A stretch of 64,000 nt of DNA from an uncultured Alphaproteobacteria bacterium (GTDB taxonomy: Bacteria > Pseudomonadota > Alphaproteobacteria > Micropepsales > Micropepsaceae): the NCBI GenBank assembly GCA_963830095.1, contig CAWHLV010000106.1, positions 9,672-73,671 of the forward strand, in the 5' to 3' direction. Positions within the stretch are counted from its first letter, which is position 1; every line of letters begins with the position of its first letter. Shown here piece after piece: positions 35,148 through 45,217 of this stretch. The notes below the pieces were generated by a model, which saw only the letters and a list, made by a program, of their open reading frames with translations, was not told the DNA's origin and did not search any database. The position numbers and the translations under genes are program-made.

Positions 35148-36524
35148 TTAGCACGCCGGGGCTGGGGCTCGGGCGCGAAATCTGAGCAGGTCGGCGACGC
35201 TGGTAATCTCGGTTAACGCCATGCCGGCGACCTCGGCACGGGTTCCCGCCGGGACAAAGGCGGACTTGAAACCCAGCTTGGCGGCCTCTTTCAGCCGCGC
35301 CTCGGCCTGCGGCACCGGGCGGATGTCGCCCGACAGGCTGATCTCGCCAAAGAAGACGCTGTCGCGGGGCAAGGGCTCTCCACCAAAAGACGAAACCAGG
35401 GCGGCGGCGGCGGCCAGATCGGCCGCGGGTTCGCCGATCTTCAATCCGCCCGCCACATTGAGATAGACATCGGAAGCCCCAATTCCAACCCCGGCGCGGG
35501 CGTCCAGCACCGCCAGGATCATGGCCAGGCGCCCAGTGTCCCAGCCCACCACGGCGCGGCGCGGGGTGCCGTAGCTGGTGGGCGAGACCAGCGCCTGGAT
35601 TTCGCACAACAGTGGGCGGGTGCCTTCCAGCCCGGCAAACACCGCGGTGCCGGGCGACATGGATTTGCGGTCGCCCAAAAACAGCGCCGACGGATTGGCG
35701 ACTTCGGCCAGCCCCTTGCCGGTCATCTCAAAAACGCCGATCTCGTCGGTGGCGCCGAAGCGGTTCTTGACCGCGCGCAGCACCCGGAAGTGATGGCCGC
35801 GCTCGCCCTCGAAATAGAGCACCGCATCGACCAGATGTTCGACCGCCTTGGGGCCGGCGATCTGGCCGTCCTTGGTCACATGCCCGACCAGCAGCAGGGC
35901 CGCGCCCGAGGATTTGGCGTAGCGCACCAGATCGAAAGACGCGGTGCGCACCTGGGCGATGGTGCCCGGCGCGGCGTCGAGTGCTGAGGTCCACAAAGTC
36001 TGGATGGAATCGATGGCGACGATGGCCGGCGGTTTGCCGGCCTCCAGAGTGGCCAGAATGTCTTCGACATTGGTGGCCGCGCCCAGCATCAGCGGCGCGT
36101 CGGACAATCCCATGCGGGCGGCGCGCATGCGCACCTGCGCCATCGCCTCTTCGCCGGAGATATAGATCGCATGGCCGCCATTCTGGGCGTATTTGCCCAG
36201 GGCCTGCAGGATGATGGTGGACTTGCCGATGCCGGGATCGCCGCCGACCAGAAGGGCCGAGCCCGGCACCAGCCCGCCGCCGGTGACGCGGTCGAATTCG
36301 GCGATGCCGGTGGGCCGGCGCTGGGGCGGGGCGTCTTCGGTCTTCAGGTCTTCCAGCGTGATGCGGCGGCCTTTTGCCCTTCGGGTCGCGCCCGAGCCAA
36401 GCGGCGGGGCAACGCCTTCCTCGGTGATGGTGTTCCAGCCGCCGCAGGCCTCGCACTTGCCCGACCATTTGGCATGGGTGGCGCCGCAGGATTGGCAGAC
36501 AAAGCTGGAGGAAGATTTGGCCAT
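35148..36524 (-). CDS. radA: DNA repair protein RadA/Sms
   Basis: CQSCG..KWSGKCEACG zinc finger, GGDPGIGKST, KNRFG, LNVAGG. Confidence 0.98.
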   Translation of the reverse strand: MAKSSSSFVCQSCGATHAKWSGKCEACGGWNTITEEGVAPPLGSGATRRAKGRRITLEDLKTEDAPPQRRPTGIAEFDRVTGGGLVPGSALLVGGDPGIGKSTIILQALGKYAQNGGHAIYISGEEAMAQVRMRAARMGLSDAPLMLGAATNVEDILATLEAGKPPAIVAIDSIQTLWTSALDAAPGTIAQVRTASFDLVRYAKSSGAALLLVGHVTKDGQIAGPKAVEHLVDAVLYFEGERGHHFRVLRAVKNRFGATDEIGVFEMTGKGLAEVANPSALFLGDRKSMSPGTAVFAGLEGTRPLLCEIQALVSPTSYGTPRRAVVGWDTGRLAMILAVLDARAGVGIGASDVYLNVAGGLKIGEPAADLAAAAALVSSFGGEPLPRDSVFFGEISLSGDIRPVPQAEARLKEAAKLGFKSAFVPAGTRAEVAGMALTEITSVADLLRFRARAPAPAC

Positions 36525-36533
36525 TCGCTATGG

Positions 36534-36548
36534 GTACAAAAGGCGAAC
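36534..36548. promoter_or_regulatory. Probable alphaproteobacterial LexA (SOS) box
   Basis: Minus strand GTTC-N7-GTAC, one mismatch from GTTC-N7-GTTC, 10 nt upstream of the radA ATG. Confidence 0.65.
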
Positions 36549-36638
36549 GTAATTGGCAAGGATGTAATGGTGTAGAGGTCAAGAAACGTTAGGACACGCG
36601 CTTAGACTGATTTGCTTGGCTTCGCTGATCGCAACTCA

Positions 36639-36749
36639 TTGTCATTCCCGTCAAGCGCGAAGCGCGCGAGCCGGAAATCCATCTTGCCACATACTGGGTC
36701 CCGGGTCTGCGGCGCATCATTGCATGCTGCGCCGCGCCCGGGATGACAA
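36639..36749. repeat. REP/RPE-like palindromic intergenic element
   Basis: Termini TTGTCATTCCCG / CGGGATGACAA; internal hairpin GCGGCGCA...TGCGCCGC. Confidence 0.7.
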
Positions 36750-36756
36750 GAAGGCA

Positions 36757-37539
36757 TTACGCCTTCACGGCCATCTTGATCGGACCCTCGGCTTTCCCGT
36801 GGATGAACTGGTCCACATAGGGATTGCCGGTATTGTCGATCTCGCCGGTCGGGCCGGCCCAGATGATCTTGCCGCCATAGAGCATGGCGATCTTGTCGGA
36901 GATTTTACGCGCCGAGATCATGTCATGGGTGATGGACAGCGCGGTGGCGCCCACATCCTTCACCGTGGAGATGATCAGGTCGTTGATGATGTCGGCCATG
37001 ATCGGGTCCAGCCCGGTGGTGGGCTCGTCGAAGAAAATGATCTCGGGATCGGCCGCAATGGCGCGCGCAAGTCCGACGCGCTTCTGCATGCCGCCCGACA
37101 ATTCTGATGGCGACAGGAAGGCGACGTCTTCGGTCAATCCAACCTTGGCCAGCTTCTGGATGGCGATGTCGCGCGCCTGTTTGCGCGCCATGCCGCGTCC
37201 CTGAATGAGTCCAAAGGCGACATTTTCCCAGACCGGCAAAGAGTCGAACAGCGCGCCGCCCTGGAACAGCATGCCGAACTTCTTCATCACCCGATCGCGC
37301 GCGCCACCATTGATGTGGGTGATGTCCTCGCCATCCACCAGGATGGTGCCTTCGTCCGGGCGGATGATGCCCAGGATGGATTTGATGGTGACCGACTTGC
37401 CGGTGCCCGAGCCGCCGATGATCACCAGCGAGGACTGTTTGTCGACCGTAAGATCGACGCCATCCAGCACCACCTTGGAGCCGAAGCGCTTCTTGACGCC
37501 GATGAGTTGGATCTTTGGTGTTGAAGAGGGGGCGGTCAT
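36757..37539 (-). CDS. mlaF: Mla/Ttg2 ABC transporter ATP-binding protein
   Basis: GGSGTGKS, LFQGGALFDSL, LSGGMQKRVGLARA, DEPTTGLDPI. Confidence 0.92.
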   Translation of the reverse strand: MTAPSSTPKIQLIGVKKRFGSKVVLDGVDLTVDKQSSLVIIGGSGTGKSVTIKSILGIIRPDEGTILVDGEDITHINGGARDRVMKKFGMLFQGGALFDSLPVWENVAFGLIQGRGMARKQARDIAIQKLAKVGLTEDVAFLSPSELSGGMQKRVGLARAIAADPEIIFFDEPTTGLDPIMADIINDLIISTVKDVGATALSITHDMISARKISDKIAMLYGGKIIWAGPTGEIDNTGNPYVDQFIHGKAEGPIKMAVKA

Positions 37540-38309
37540 TTGTGGAACAGCAGCGCGGTCAGGACATAGTCGGCGGCCAGGATCAGGATCGAGGAACTGA
37601 CCACCGCATTGGTGGTGGCGTTGCCCACGCCCTGGGCACCGCCCTTGGAATTGAAGCCGTTGTAGCAGCCCATCAGGGCGACGATGAAGCCGAACACCGC
37701 GGCCTTGATCAGGCCCGAGGTGATGTCGTCGTTATGGGCGAAGTCGATGGTGTTCTTCAGATAGGTGGTGCCGTTGAAATCCAGCGTGTAGACCGCCACG
37801 GCATAGCCGCCCATGACGCCGATGGAATCGCCGATCGCGGTCAGGATGGGCATGGAGATCACCGCCGCCACGATGCGCGGCACCACCAGATACTTGATCG
37901 GGTTGGTGGCGAGTGTGGTCAGGGCGTCGATCTGCTCGGTCACCTTCATGGTGCCAATCTCGGCGGCGATGGCCGCACCGACGCGGCCGGCAATCATAAG
38001 TCCGGCGATCACCGGGCCCAGTTCGCGGGTGACGGCCAGCACCACGACCTGGGGCACGATGGATTCGGCGCCGAAGCGGTTGCCGCCCAGATAGATCTGC
38101 AGCGCCAGCACGCCGCCGGTGAAGAAGGCGGTCAGGCCCACGACCGGCAGCGAGAAATAGCCGATCCGTATCATCTGGCTGAAGATCAGACGGGTATAGA
38201 TCGGCGGCGACACGACGGCCGCGAGCGCCCGCCCGGTGAACTGCGCCAGGCGGCCGATATGGGCCAGCACCGTGATGACGGCGCGGCCTATGCTTGCGAA
38301 GATATTCAT
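37536..38309 (-). CDS. mlaE: MlaE family ABC permease
   Basis: RELGPV, AGRVGAAIAAEIGTMKVTEQIDAL, GGAQGVGNATT. Confidence 0.94.
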   Translation of the reverse strand: MNIFASIGRAVITVLAHIGRLAQFTGRALAAVVSPPIYTRLIFSQMIRIGYFSLPVVGLTAFFTGGVLALQIYLGGNRFGAESIVPQVVVLAVTRELGPVIAGLMIAGRVGAAIAAEIGTMKVTEQIDALTTLATNPIKYLVVPRIVAAVISMPILTAIGDSIGVMGGYAVAVYTLDFNGTTYLKNTIDFAHNDDITSGLIKAAVFGFIVALMGCYNGFNSKGGAQGVGNATTNAVVSSSILILAADYVLTALLFHK

Positions 38310-39421
38310 TACCCCTCGTAGTATCTCGGCACCCGGCGCAGCCGGGTGAGAATTTCATATTCGTTGGTGCCGGCCATCGCGGCAACCTCGCCCAGCGTGA
38401 CCTGATCGCCCAGCAGTTCGCACGTGTCGCCCACATGCGGCGCCTCAAGCAACTCCGTCACGTCCAGGATCATCAGGTCCATGGAGATGCGGCCCACCAC
38501 CGGCACGCGCGCGCCGTTCAGCACCGCGACGCCCTTGTTGGACAAGGTGCGCGGAAATCCGTCGGCATATCCAAGCGCGACCGTGGCAAGCATGGTGGGC
38601 CTTTTGGCGCGGAACGTGGCTCCGTAGCCAACGCTTTCGCCCAAGTCAATTCGGCGCAGCTGCAGCACCCGGGCGGTAAGGACGGCGGCGGTCTGCATCA
38701 GGTTCGGCGCCCCGCCACTTACGCCACCCTCACGCACCTGCGGGTTGGCGCCGTAAAGCGCAATGCCGGGACGCACCAGATCGAAATGATATTCCATGCC
38801 CAGCATGGCGCCATGGCTGGCGGCGAGGCTGGCGGGCGCGGGCGGCAGCATGGCCAGCGCCTGGCGAAAGCGCGACAGTTGCTGAGCGTTGAGCGGATTG
38901 GCCGGATCATCGCTGCAGGCCAGATGGCTCATCACCAGAACCAGATTGAGGCCCGCTAGCCGTTTGGCCTTTTCCCCCGACAGCTGCGCCAGTTCGTCGC
39001 CGCAAAGCCCCAGCCGGTTCATGCCGGTATCGACATGGATCACCGCATCCAGCGCGCTCTGGCCCACACCGGCCGCGGCCGACCAGGCGGCGATCTCGCT
39101 CAGCGAATTCAACACTGGCGTCAGGCGATGACTGATCAGCGCAGGTACCGCGTCGGGGCTCGCGCCATCCAGCACAAAGATGCGTGCGCGGGAAAGAAGC
39201 TTGCGCAGGGAGACACCCTCTTCCAGGCGCGCGACAAAGAAACTGTCGCAGCCGGCTTGCGCCAGCTCTGGCGCCACACGGCTCGCCCCCAGGCCGTAGG
39301 CATCGGCCTTGACCACCGCAGCGACGGCCGTGGGCCCCGCCAGCCGGCGATAGGTGCGATAATTGGCGGCGACCGCGCCCAGCCGCACGGTCAGGCGCGC
39401 CGCTTCAAAATCCTCGCTCAT
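38309..39421 (-). CDS. alr: Alanine racemase
   Basis: AVVKADAYGLG, HVDTGMNRLG, MSHLAC, RPGIALYG, GYADG, GRISMD. Confidence 0.97.
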   Translation of the reverse strand: MSEDFEAARLTVRLGAVAANYRTYRRLAGPTAVAAVVKADAYGLGASRVAPELAQAGCDSFFVARLEEGVSLRKLLSRARIFVLDGASPDAVPALISHRLTPVLNSLSEIAAWSAAAGVGQSALDAVIHVDTGMNRLGLCGDELAQLSGEKAKRLAGLNLVLVMSHLACSDDPANPLNAQQLSRFRQALAMLPPAPASLAASHGAMLGMEYHFDLVRPGIALYGANPQVREGGVSGGAPNLMQTAAVLTARVLQLRRIDLGESVGYGATFRAKRPTMLATVALGYADGFPRTLSNKGVAVLNGARVPVVGRISMDLMILDVTELLEAPHVGDTCELLGDQVTLGEVAAMAGTNEYEILTRLRRVPRYYEG

Positions 39422-39462
39422 GCGCTCTCTTATAGACGAAGCGGGGGACGAAAGACGGCTCA

Positions 39463-40167
39463 CTAATTGTCCCCGCCCAGAATCTTGATGCCGCCCTGGC
39501 CTTCCGCCGGATGCAGGCAGGGCGTGTTCTGCAGGATGGGACAGCCGCCCGAATTGGGCGCATAGCCGCGCGCCAGGTCGGACTGCATCTGGGCAGCACC
39601 CGAGGTGGCGTATTGCGGATTGGGATTTTCCTTCAGGCGCGGCAAAATATTGGGCGGCAGCATCACGAGCGAGCCATTGGGCAGCCGGACCGCACGCCAG
39701 GGATAAAGACCGCAGCGCGCGCGCTCGGCGCTGGTCAGATGCTCCCAGCTGCCGGCGCTGCAGGCGAGCTCGCGCCCAACCGCGCCCAATATATCGGTGG
39801 GCGGCGCGGGATTGCCGGACTTGTCGCGCTGCTGGTCGGGCACGACCGGCGGCGGCTTGGGAATCTGGATCGGCGCGGATTCGATGTGCGGCGGCGCGAT
39901 CACCACCGGCTGCGGATTGATCGGTTTTCTCTCGGGCATATTGTTGCCCGGCACCGGCAGGGTCAGGAAGGTCTCGACAATCGGTTTGCTGCGCATGTCA
40001 AAGGGATGGACCGCGAAGACGAAGAACAGAAAGAACAGGACATGCAGCGCGGCCGCCAGCACCGTGGAGGTGGTGCGCGACAGCGCCTTGCGGCGGCGTT
40101 CGTCCTCGCCCTGAGGTCCGTAGCCGGGGCGCAGGAACGGGTGCGTCAGGACATGTTCGCTGGCCAA
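39463..40167 (-). CDS. Single-TM, proline-rich hypothetical protein (TonB-like N-terminus)
   Basis: AAALHVLFFL TM, Pro-rich linker, C..GSWEHLTSAERARC motif. Confidence 0.6.
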   Translation of the reverse strand: MASEHVLTHPFLRPGYGPQGEDERRRKALSRTTSTVLAAALHVLFFLFFVFAVHPFDMRSKPIVETFLTLPVPGNNMPERKPINPQPVVIAPPHIESAPIQIPKPPPVVPDQQRDKSGNPAPPTDILGAVGRELACSAGSWEHLTSAERARCGLYPWRAVRLPNGSLVMLPPNILPRLKENPNPQYATSGAAQMQSDLARGYAPNSGGCPILQNTPCLHPAEGQGGIKILGGDN

Positions 40168-40280
40168 AACCTGTAATCCGTCAGAAACGCTTTCCCGCCG
40201 CCCCCAACATATAGAAGCGCGAAGCCCCGCAAAACAGCCCGGATTGGCGGAAAATGGGCAAAAATGCTAACGCCGCTGTC

Positions 40281-41063
40281 ATGCGCGTGTACCTGATCAA
40301 CCTCGAACGGCGGAAAGACCGGCTGGCCACCATGCAAGGACAGGCCGCCAGCCTTGGCCTGGAACTGGACCTGGTGACGGCGCTGGATGCAGGAACCGCG
40401 GACCCAGCCTCGGTTAACCGCTGGTTCGCCATGGGCGGTCCGCTGGGCGAGATCCCGGCCGGCGACAAGGCCTGCCTTCTGTCGCACCGCGCCGCCTGGG
40501 AGCGGTTCGCAGGCACCGGCGAGGCCCATGCCGTGTTCCTGGAAGATGACGTGCAGCTGTCGCAGGTGGCAGGACCGATGCTGAATACCGACAGCTGGAT
40601 TGCGGCGGATGCCGAGGTCGTGAAGCTGGAGCATTATGGTCCGCCGGGACAGCGGGTGTTGCTGGGCGATATCCATGCGGTCGGCGAAGACTTCCGGATC
40701 GGCCGGATGCTGTCACGCCATACCGGGGGTGCTGCCTATATCCTGTCGCGCAGGGCGGCCGGGATGCTTTTGGCCGAGCAGCGTTTCGACCTGCCGGTGG
40801 ATCATCTGCTGTTCAATCCCAACAATTCGAAATTGTTTGCCGCGCTTTCGCCCTGGCAGCTTGTGCCGGCCATCGCCCGGCAGCAGGAGTTTGTGGGCGA
40901 GAAATCCGACATCGAGAAAACACGCACGAGCCTGCGCGCCTTTGGCCTGGCGTATATCCGGCGCGAACTGGTGCGCTTTGCCTACGACCTGAAGCTGCTG
41001 CCGCGCCAGATCGCGGCGCTGCTCAGGGGCGCAAAGTTCGTGGCGATCAAAACCGTCGATTAG
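40281..41063 (+). CDS. Glycosyltransferase family 25
   Basis: YLINLERRKDRL, ACLLSHRAAW, VFLEDD, GAAYILSRRAA, PVD. Confidence 0.9.
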   Translation: MRVYLINLERRKDRLATMQGQAASLGLELDLVTALDAGTADPASVNRWFAMGGPLGEIPAGDKACLLSHRAAWERFAGTGEAHAVFLEDDVQLSQVAGPMLNTDSWIAADAEVVKLEHYGPPGQRVLLGDIHAVGEDFRIGRMLSRHTGGAAYILSRRAAGMLLAEQRFDLPVDHLLFNPNNSKLFAALSPWQLVPAIARQQEFVGEKSDIEKTRTSLRAFGLAYIRRELVRFAYDLKLLPRQIAALLRGAKFVAIKTVD

Positions 41064-42499
41064 CGCTGCTGCTGATCTTCGGCCAGGTTGCTGAAGCGGG
41101 TGAAGTTACCTTCGAACACCAGATCGATGGCGCGGGTTGCGCCATGGCGGTGTTTTTCCACCAGCACTTCGGCGCGGTTGGTGGCGCGGTCCAGCTTGTC
41201 CATCCATTTGGCATGTTCGGGCGTGCCGGCGTCAGGTTCGCGCGACTTCAGGTAATATTCCTCGCGATAGACGAACATTACGACGTCGGCGTCCTGCTCG
41301 ATGGAGCCGGATTCACGCAAATCCGACAGCACCGGGCGCTTGTCGTCGCGGGCATCGACGCCACGCGACAGCTGCGACAGCGCCAGCACGGGAATATTGA
41401 GTTCCTTGGCGAGCGTCTTGAGGCCCTTGGTGACTTCGGTAATTTCCTGCACCCGGTTTTCGTGACGGCGCGACGGTTCGACCAGCTGCAGATAGTCGAT
41501 GATGATCAGGCCGATATTCTTTTCGCGCTTCAGGCGCCGGGCGCGCGCCGCGATCTGGGCAATGGAAATGCCGCCGCTGTCGTCGATATAGAGCGGCAGG
41601 TTGGAGAGGTCCTGCATGGCGAGGACGAACTTCTCCCATTCGCTTTCGCTGAACTTGCCGTTTCGGATCTTCCACACTTCCAGCTCGGACTGTTCCGACA
41701 GGATACGGCCCGACAGCTGCTGGGCCGCCATTTCCAGCGAGAAGAAGAGCACAGGCGCGCCACGGGGATATTCCGCGCCCGACTCCAAGTCCTGCAGATA
41801 GGCCCTGGCGCAGTGGAACGCCATGTTGGTGCCCAGCGCCGTTTTGCCCATGCCCGGGCGCCCGGCCAGAATCAGAAGGTCCGAAGGCTGCAACCCGCCC
41901 AGAAGATTGTCGATGTCGGTGAAGCCGGAAGTAATGCCGGAGATACGTCCCCCACGGGCGATGGCGCGCTCGGCGATTTCCACGGTGCGCCGCAGCGCTT
42001 CGTGGAAATCCATGGCGCCTTCGCCATATTTGGCGGTCTCCGCCACCGCATACAGCGCCTTTTCGGCCTCCGCGATCTGCTCCTTGGAGGTTTTTTCGGT
42101 GGGCGCGTCATAGGCGGTGTTGACGATATCCTCGCCGATGCGGATCAGGCTGCGCCGGACCGCCAGATCGCTGAGGATATCGGCATAATCCTTGACGTTG
42201 GGGATGGCGGGAGCTGCGGCGCGCAACGCGTCGAAATAGGCCTGGCCCCCGGTCTCGATCACCCCGGGATCGGATTTCATCGTGGCATGCAGGGTCAGCG
42301 GTGTCACCACCACCCCGCCCCGCTCGATCATCTGCGACATGGTCTCGTAGATGCGGCCGTGCAGCGGATCGTAGAAGGCGTCCGGCTTGATCAGCGCGCT
42401 GACGCGCTCCATCGCCCGGTTGTCGGCCAGGATCGCGCCGAGCAGAGCCTGCTCGACGTCGATGTCGTAGGGGACGTGGCGATAGGCTTCCTGTTCCAT
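41060..42499 (-). CDS. dnaB: Replicative DNA helicase
   Basis: AGRPGMGKT, FSLEM, IDYLQL, LSQLSR, DLRESGSIEQDAD, KHRHG. Confidence 0.98.
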   Translation of the reverse strand: MEQEAYRHVPYDIDVEQALLGAILADNRAMERVSALIKPDAFYDPLHGRIYETMSQMIERGGVVVTPLTLHATMKSDPGVIETGGQAYFDALRAAAPAIPNVKDYADILSDLAVRRSLIRIGEDIVNTAYDAPTEKTSKEQIAEAEKALYAVAETAKYGEGAMDFHEALRRTVEIAERAIARGGRISGITSGFTDIDNLLGGLQPSDLLILAGRPGMGKTALGTNMAFHCARAYLQDLESGAEYPRGAPVLFFSLEMAAQQLSGRILSEQSELEVWKIRNGKFSESEWEKFVLAMQDLSNLPLYIDDSGGISIAQIAARARRLKREKNIGLIIIDYLQLVEPSRRHENRVQEITEVTKGLKTLAKELNIPVLALSQLSRGVDARDDKRPVLSDLRESGSIEQDADVVMFVYREEYYLKSREPDAGTPEHAKWMDKLDRATNRAEVLVEKHRHGATRAIDLVFEGNFTRFSNLAEDQQQR

Positions 42500-42673
42500 G
42501 TCTTCTTATGAACGTGCTCAAGTTCCCGGCGGGGCGAGCAATCAACAGGCCGGTGCCGGATGGTTCAAGCGGCTTGAACATCCGCTCACAGGCACAACTC
42601 AACCACGCAAACGGAAGTCTACACCTAGTGGCGCACCGCGGGTTTGCCCACAAAAAGCCAATCCGGGCAACCA

Positions 42674-43276
42674 CTAGCCAAAGTGGGTTTCGCGGAAGGG
42701 CGCAAGCTGCTCGGCCCGCGCCGACAGGACCGCCAGGGTCGGGAAATCCGCCGCCGGCACCAGATCGCCGACCACATGCTGGGTAAAGCGCCAGGCGACG
42801 GCGCAGGTGATCTGCGGCTGCATCAACACCTCACCGGTGAACCAGTCGGGCGAAACTTCTTTCTCCAGCGCGCGGTAGGCCGCCAAAAGCTGGCCGCTGA
42901 CCCGATCCAGCCAGGGCTGATGCTGCTTTTCCTTGGGCCGCTGGTTGCACTCATAAACGATGGAGACGCTTTTCTCACACGCCGCCAGCGCCAGGCCGAT
43001 CTGGCGCAAAGCCCGTTCGTGCGAGGCGCGGTCGGCCGGCATCAGCCGGCGGGGCGCGATCTCGGCGACATGTTCCAGGATCAGGCCGAAATCCATCAGC
43101 ACCACGCCGTCATCGGTGACAAAGCTGGGCGCCTTCACCACCGGGTTTAGGCGAGCGAATTTGTCGAAATGGCGGAAGACCGAGACCTGATCCAGGTCGA
43201 ACGGCAGGCCCAGAACCTTGAGCGACACCGCCACGCGCCGCACATAGGGCGAATCCAGCATTCCGATCAGTTGCAT
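42674..43276 (-). CDS. Glutathione S-transferase family protein
   Basis: MQLIGMLDSPYVRRVAVSL, NPVVKAP. Confidence 0.88.
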   Translation of the reverse strand: MQLIGMLDSPYVRRVAVSLKVLGLPFDLDQVSVFRHFDKFARLNPVVKAPSFVTDDGVVLMDFGLILEHVAEIAPRRLMPADRASHERALRQIGLALAACEKSVSIVYECNQRPKEKQHQPWLDRVSGQLLAAYRALEKEVSPDWFTGEVLMQPQITCAVAWRFTQHVVGDLVPAADFPTLAVLSARAEQLAPFRETHFG

Positions 43277-43358
43277 CACGCATCCCCCAAAAGCGGGCGG
43301 ATGGTCACAAGGCTTGCCGGCCTTGTCCATGGCCCGCGCGCGCATGGCGCGATTGCGC

Positions 43359-43985
43359 TCAAAGCTGGGCGATAATGGCCTGAGCTGCGGCCGGGTTCTT
43401 TTCCTTGGCGCCGCTGATCACGAACAGGAAAACATCGCGTTTCTTTTTGGCCGCGGCCGGCGCCACCAGCATGGAGGCTTTGGGCGAATTGCCATCCGCC
43501 CAATCCCGCGCCCGCTCGGCCCAGGTCTTCAGCTGGGCCGCAGGATAGCCCGCCTTCTCTTTGGTGCTGGTGCCCATGATGCGGGCATAGACAAAGTCGG
43601 TGGTCACATCGGCAATCAGGGGAAACTCGCTGTCCGCGGCGAAGACAATGCCGACATTTTCCCTACGGCACAGATCGATAAAGGCCTTGTCCTTGAAACT
43701 GTCATGGCGAACCTCGACCACATGGCGGATGGCCTGCCCGCCCACCTTGCGGGGCAGGAGTTTCAAGAAAGTCGCGAAATCGCCTGCATCGAATTTCTTG
43801 GTCGCCATGAACTGCCAGTTGATGGGCCCAAGCTTTTCCTTCAGTTCGGTGACGCCACTGTCGAAGAAGCGCGTAATGGAATCGCCAGCTTGGGCCAGCA
43901 CCCGCCGGTTGGTGGCAAAGCGCGGGCCCTTCAGGCTGAAGACAAAGCCGTCGGGTGTTTCGCTGCGCCACTTGCCGAAACTTTC
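43359..43985 (-). pseudogene. DUF72 gene, 3' part (interrupted by IS1595 element)
   Basis: PESFGKWRSETPDGFVFSLKGPRFATNRR, LGPINWQF, EVRHDSF, FVYARIMG. Confidence 0.9.
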
Positions 43986-44102
43986 CGGTATGTTGGCGCA
44001 AGTGCCACAAGCATAAAGCTGGGTTTTAGGCATTTTCAGCCGACCTACCGCTCATCCTGAAAGGAATGAGCGATGAAGCTTTCCATAATGGTTGCGGCGG
44101 CG

Positions 44103-44763
44103 TTAAGTGCTGTAGTTGCACTCTGGCTTCCAAGCCTCAACGTCAAGTTGCTTGAAATCGGTCGTCCGCACGATCACGCAATAATGAAAATGGTGGACTG
44201 CCTTAGGGTCGATGGCGTCCTGATAGCGGACATCGCCCCAAATATACATCGGGACGCCCTGACGGAAAATTTGATCAGCAGCGGAAATGGTGTGCGTGGG
44301 GCCAGCATCAAACACACCGCCCGGACCGATTGTCCTAGTGGGGAGGCCGTTTGGTGATGAACCCGCCAGCTGGTTTGGAAAGATCATAGTCTGCGGCAAC
44401 AGCTGGCGGCGTGATTTTTACGGACATCCATTGCAACACGAAGAAGGCTGGGGTGCCCCCATAATTTTTGAACTCCATAACCACGTCATGGGCTTGATCC
44501 CCCTGTGGGCTGACGTAGGGCCTCCAGTGGAGCATTTCGATCCCTACGTAGGGCCGCAACTGAATTTTTGTAACGTCGAGTTGGGCCTGCATGACGGTTC
44601 GCTGTCTAGTAGCTATTACAGCTTGCCAAGCGGAAATCCCCGCCGAAATAGCAATGACAATGACGCCAACGATGGCGACTCCAAGCGTGATCTTATCGAA
44701 GAAATCATGCTTGGGTGCTTTGGATTGTTCGGGCTTGCGGCGATAGGGTGGGGTATACGGCAT
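44103..44763 (-). CDS. IS passenger: membrane-anchored hypothetical protein (one frameshift)
   Basis: N-terminal TM, QLRPYV, KNYGGTPA, IWGDVRYQD...HFHYC joined across two ORFs. Confidence 0.6.
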
Positions 44764-44869
44764 TTCGCGTTCTCAAACGGTCCCCATGAAATGGGACAAT
44801 TCTGGGATCGGAATTGCTGTCACATTAGCAGGAGTCTGGGCTGTCGCCACGGCTACCCTACTAACCGCT

Positions 44870-45115
44870 TTACAAATCTTCTAGCCTCACCCCTTCCGCC
44901 TCCAGAGCTGCCAGACAAGCCAGCAAGAAAATTGCTGAAAAGGTCCCCCGCTTTAGCTTGGCGGTAATGCTGTCTTCCGTCTCGTCCTTGAAGCCGTGCT
45001 TTTTGAGCCGCCGGGCCAAATCCACATAGCCGACATCGGCTCTTTTGATCTCGGCCTTGAGATAGGCCCGGAGCTTTTCGGCCCATTCCTCTTCAGTTTT
45101 AGCGATTACTGGCAT
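44870..45115 (-). CDS. IS passenger: DUF6471-like small HTH protein
   Basis: WAEKLRAYLKAEIKRADVGYVDLARRL...ETEDSITAKLKRGTFSAIFLLACL; divergent from the transposase. Confidence 0.75.
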   Translation of the reverse strand: MPVIAKTEEEWAEKLRAYLKAEIKRADVGYVDLARRLKKHGFKDETEDSITAKLKRGTFSAIFLLACLAALEAEGVRLEDL

Positions 45116-45217
45116 TGACCACCTGTCAGATTCGTCACCCGTCATTTATGGCGGATTTTGTTTGACAGGTCAAATACCGTCGTATATGACAGGTGTCAGA
45201 AACGACGGATTATCCCT

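Noticed and set aside
42615-42632. Possible NrdR-like box upstream of dnaB
   Set aside because: Only a partial match, single copy
44287-44967. Plus-strand 226-aa ORF inside the IS
   Set aside because: Antisense to the passenger gene that has a coherent TM plus motif architecture; no independent support
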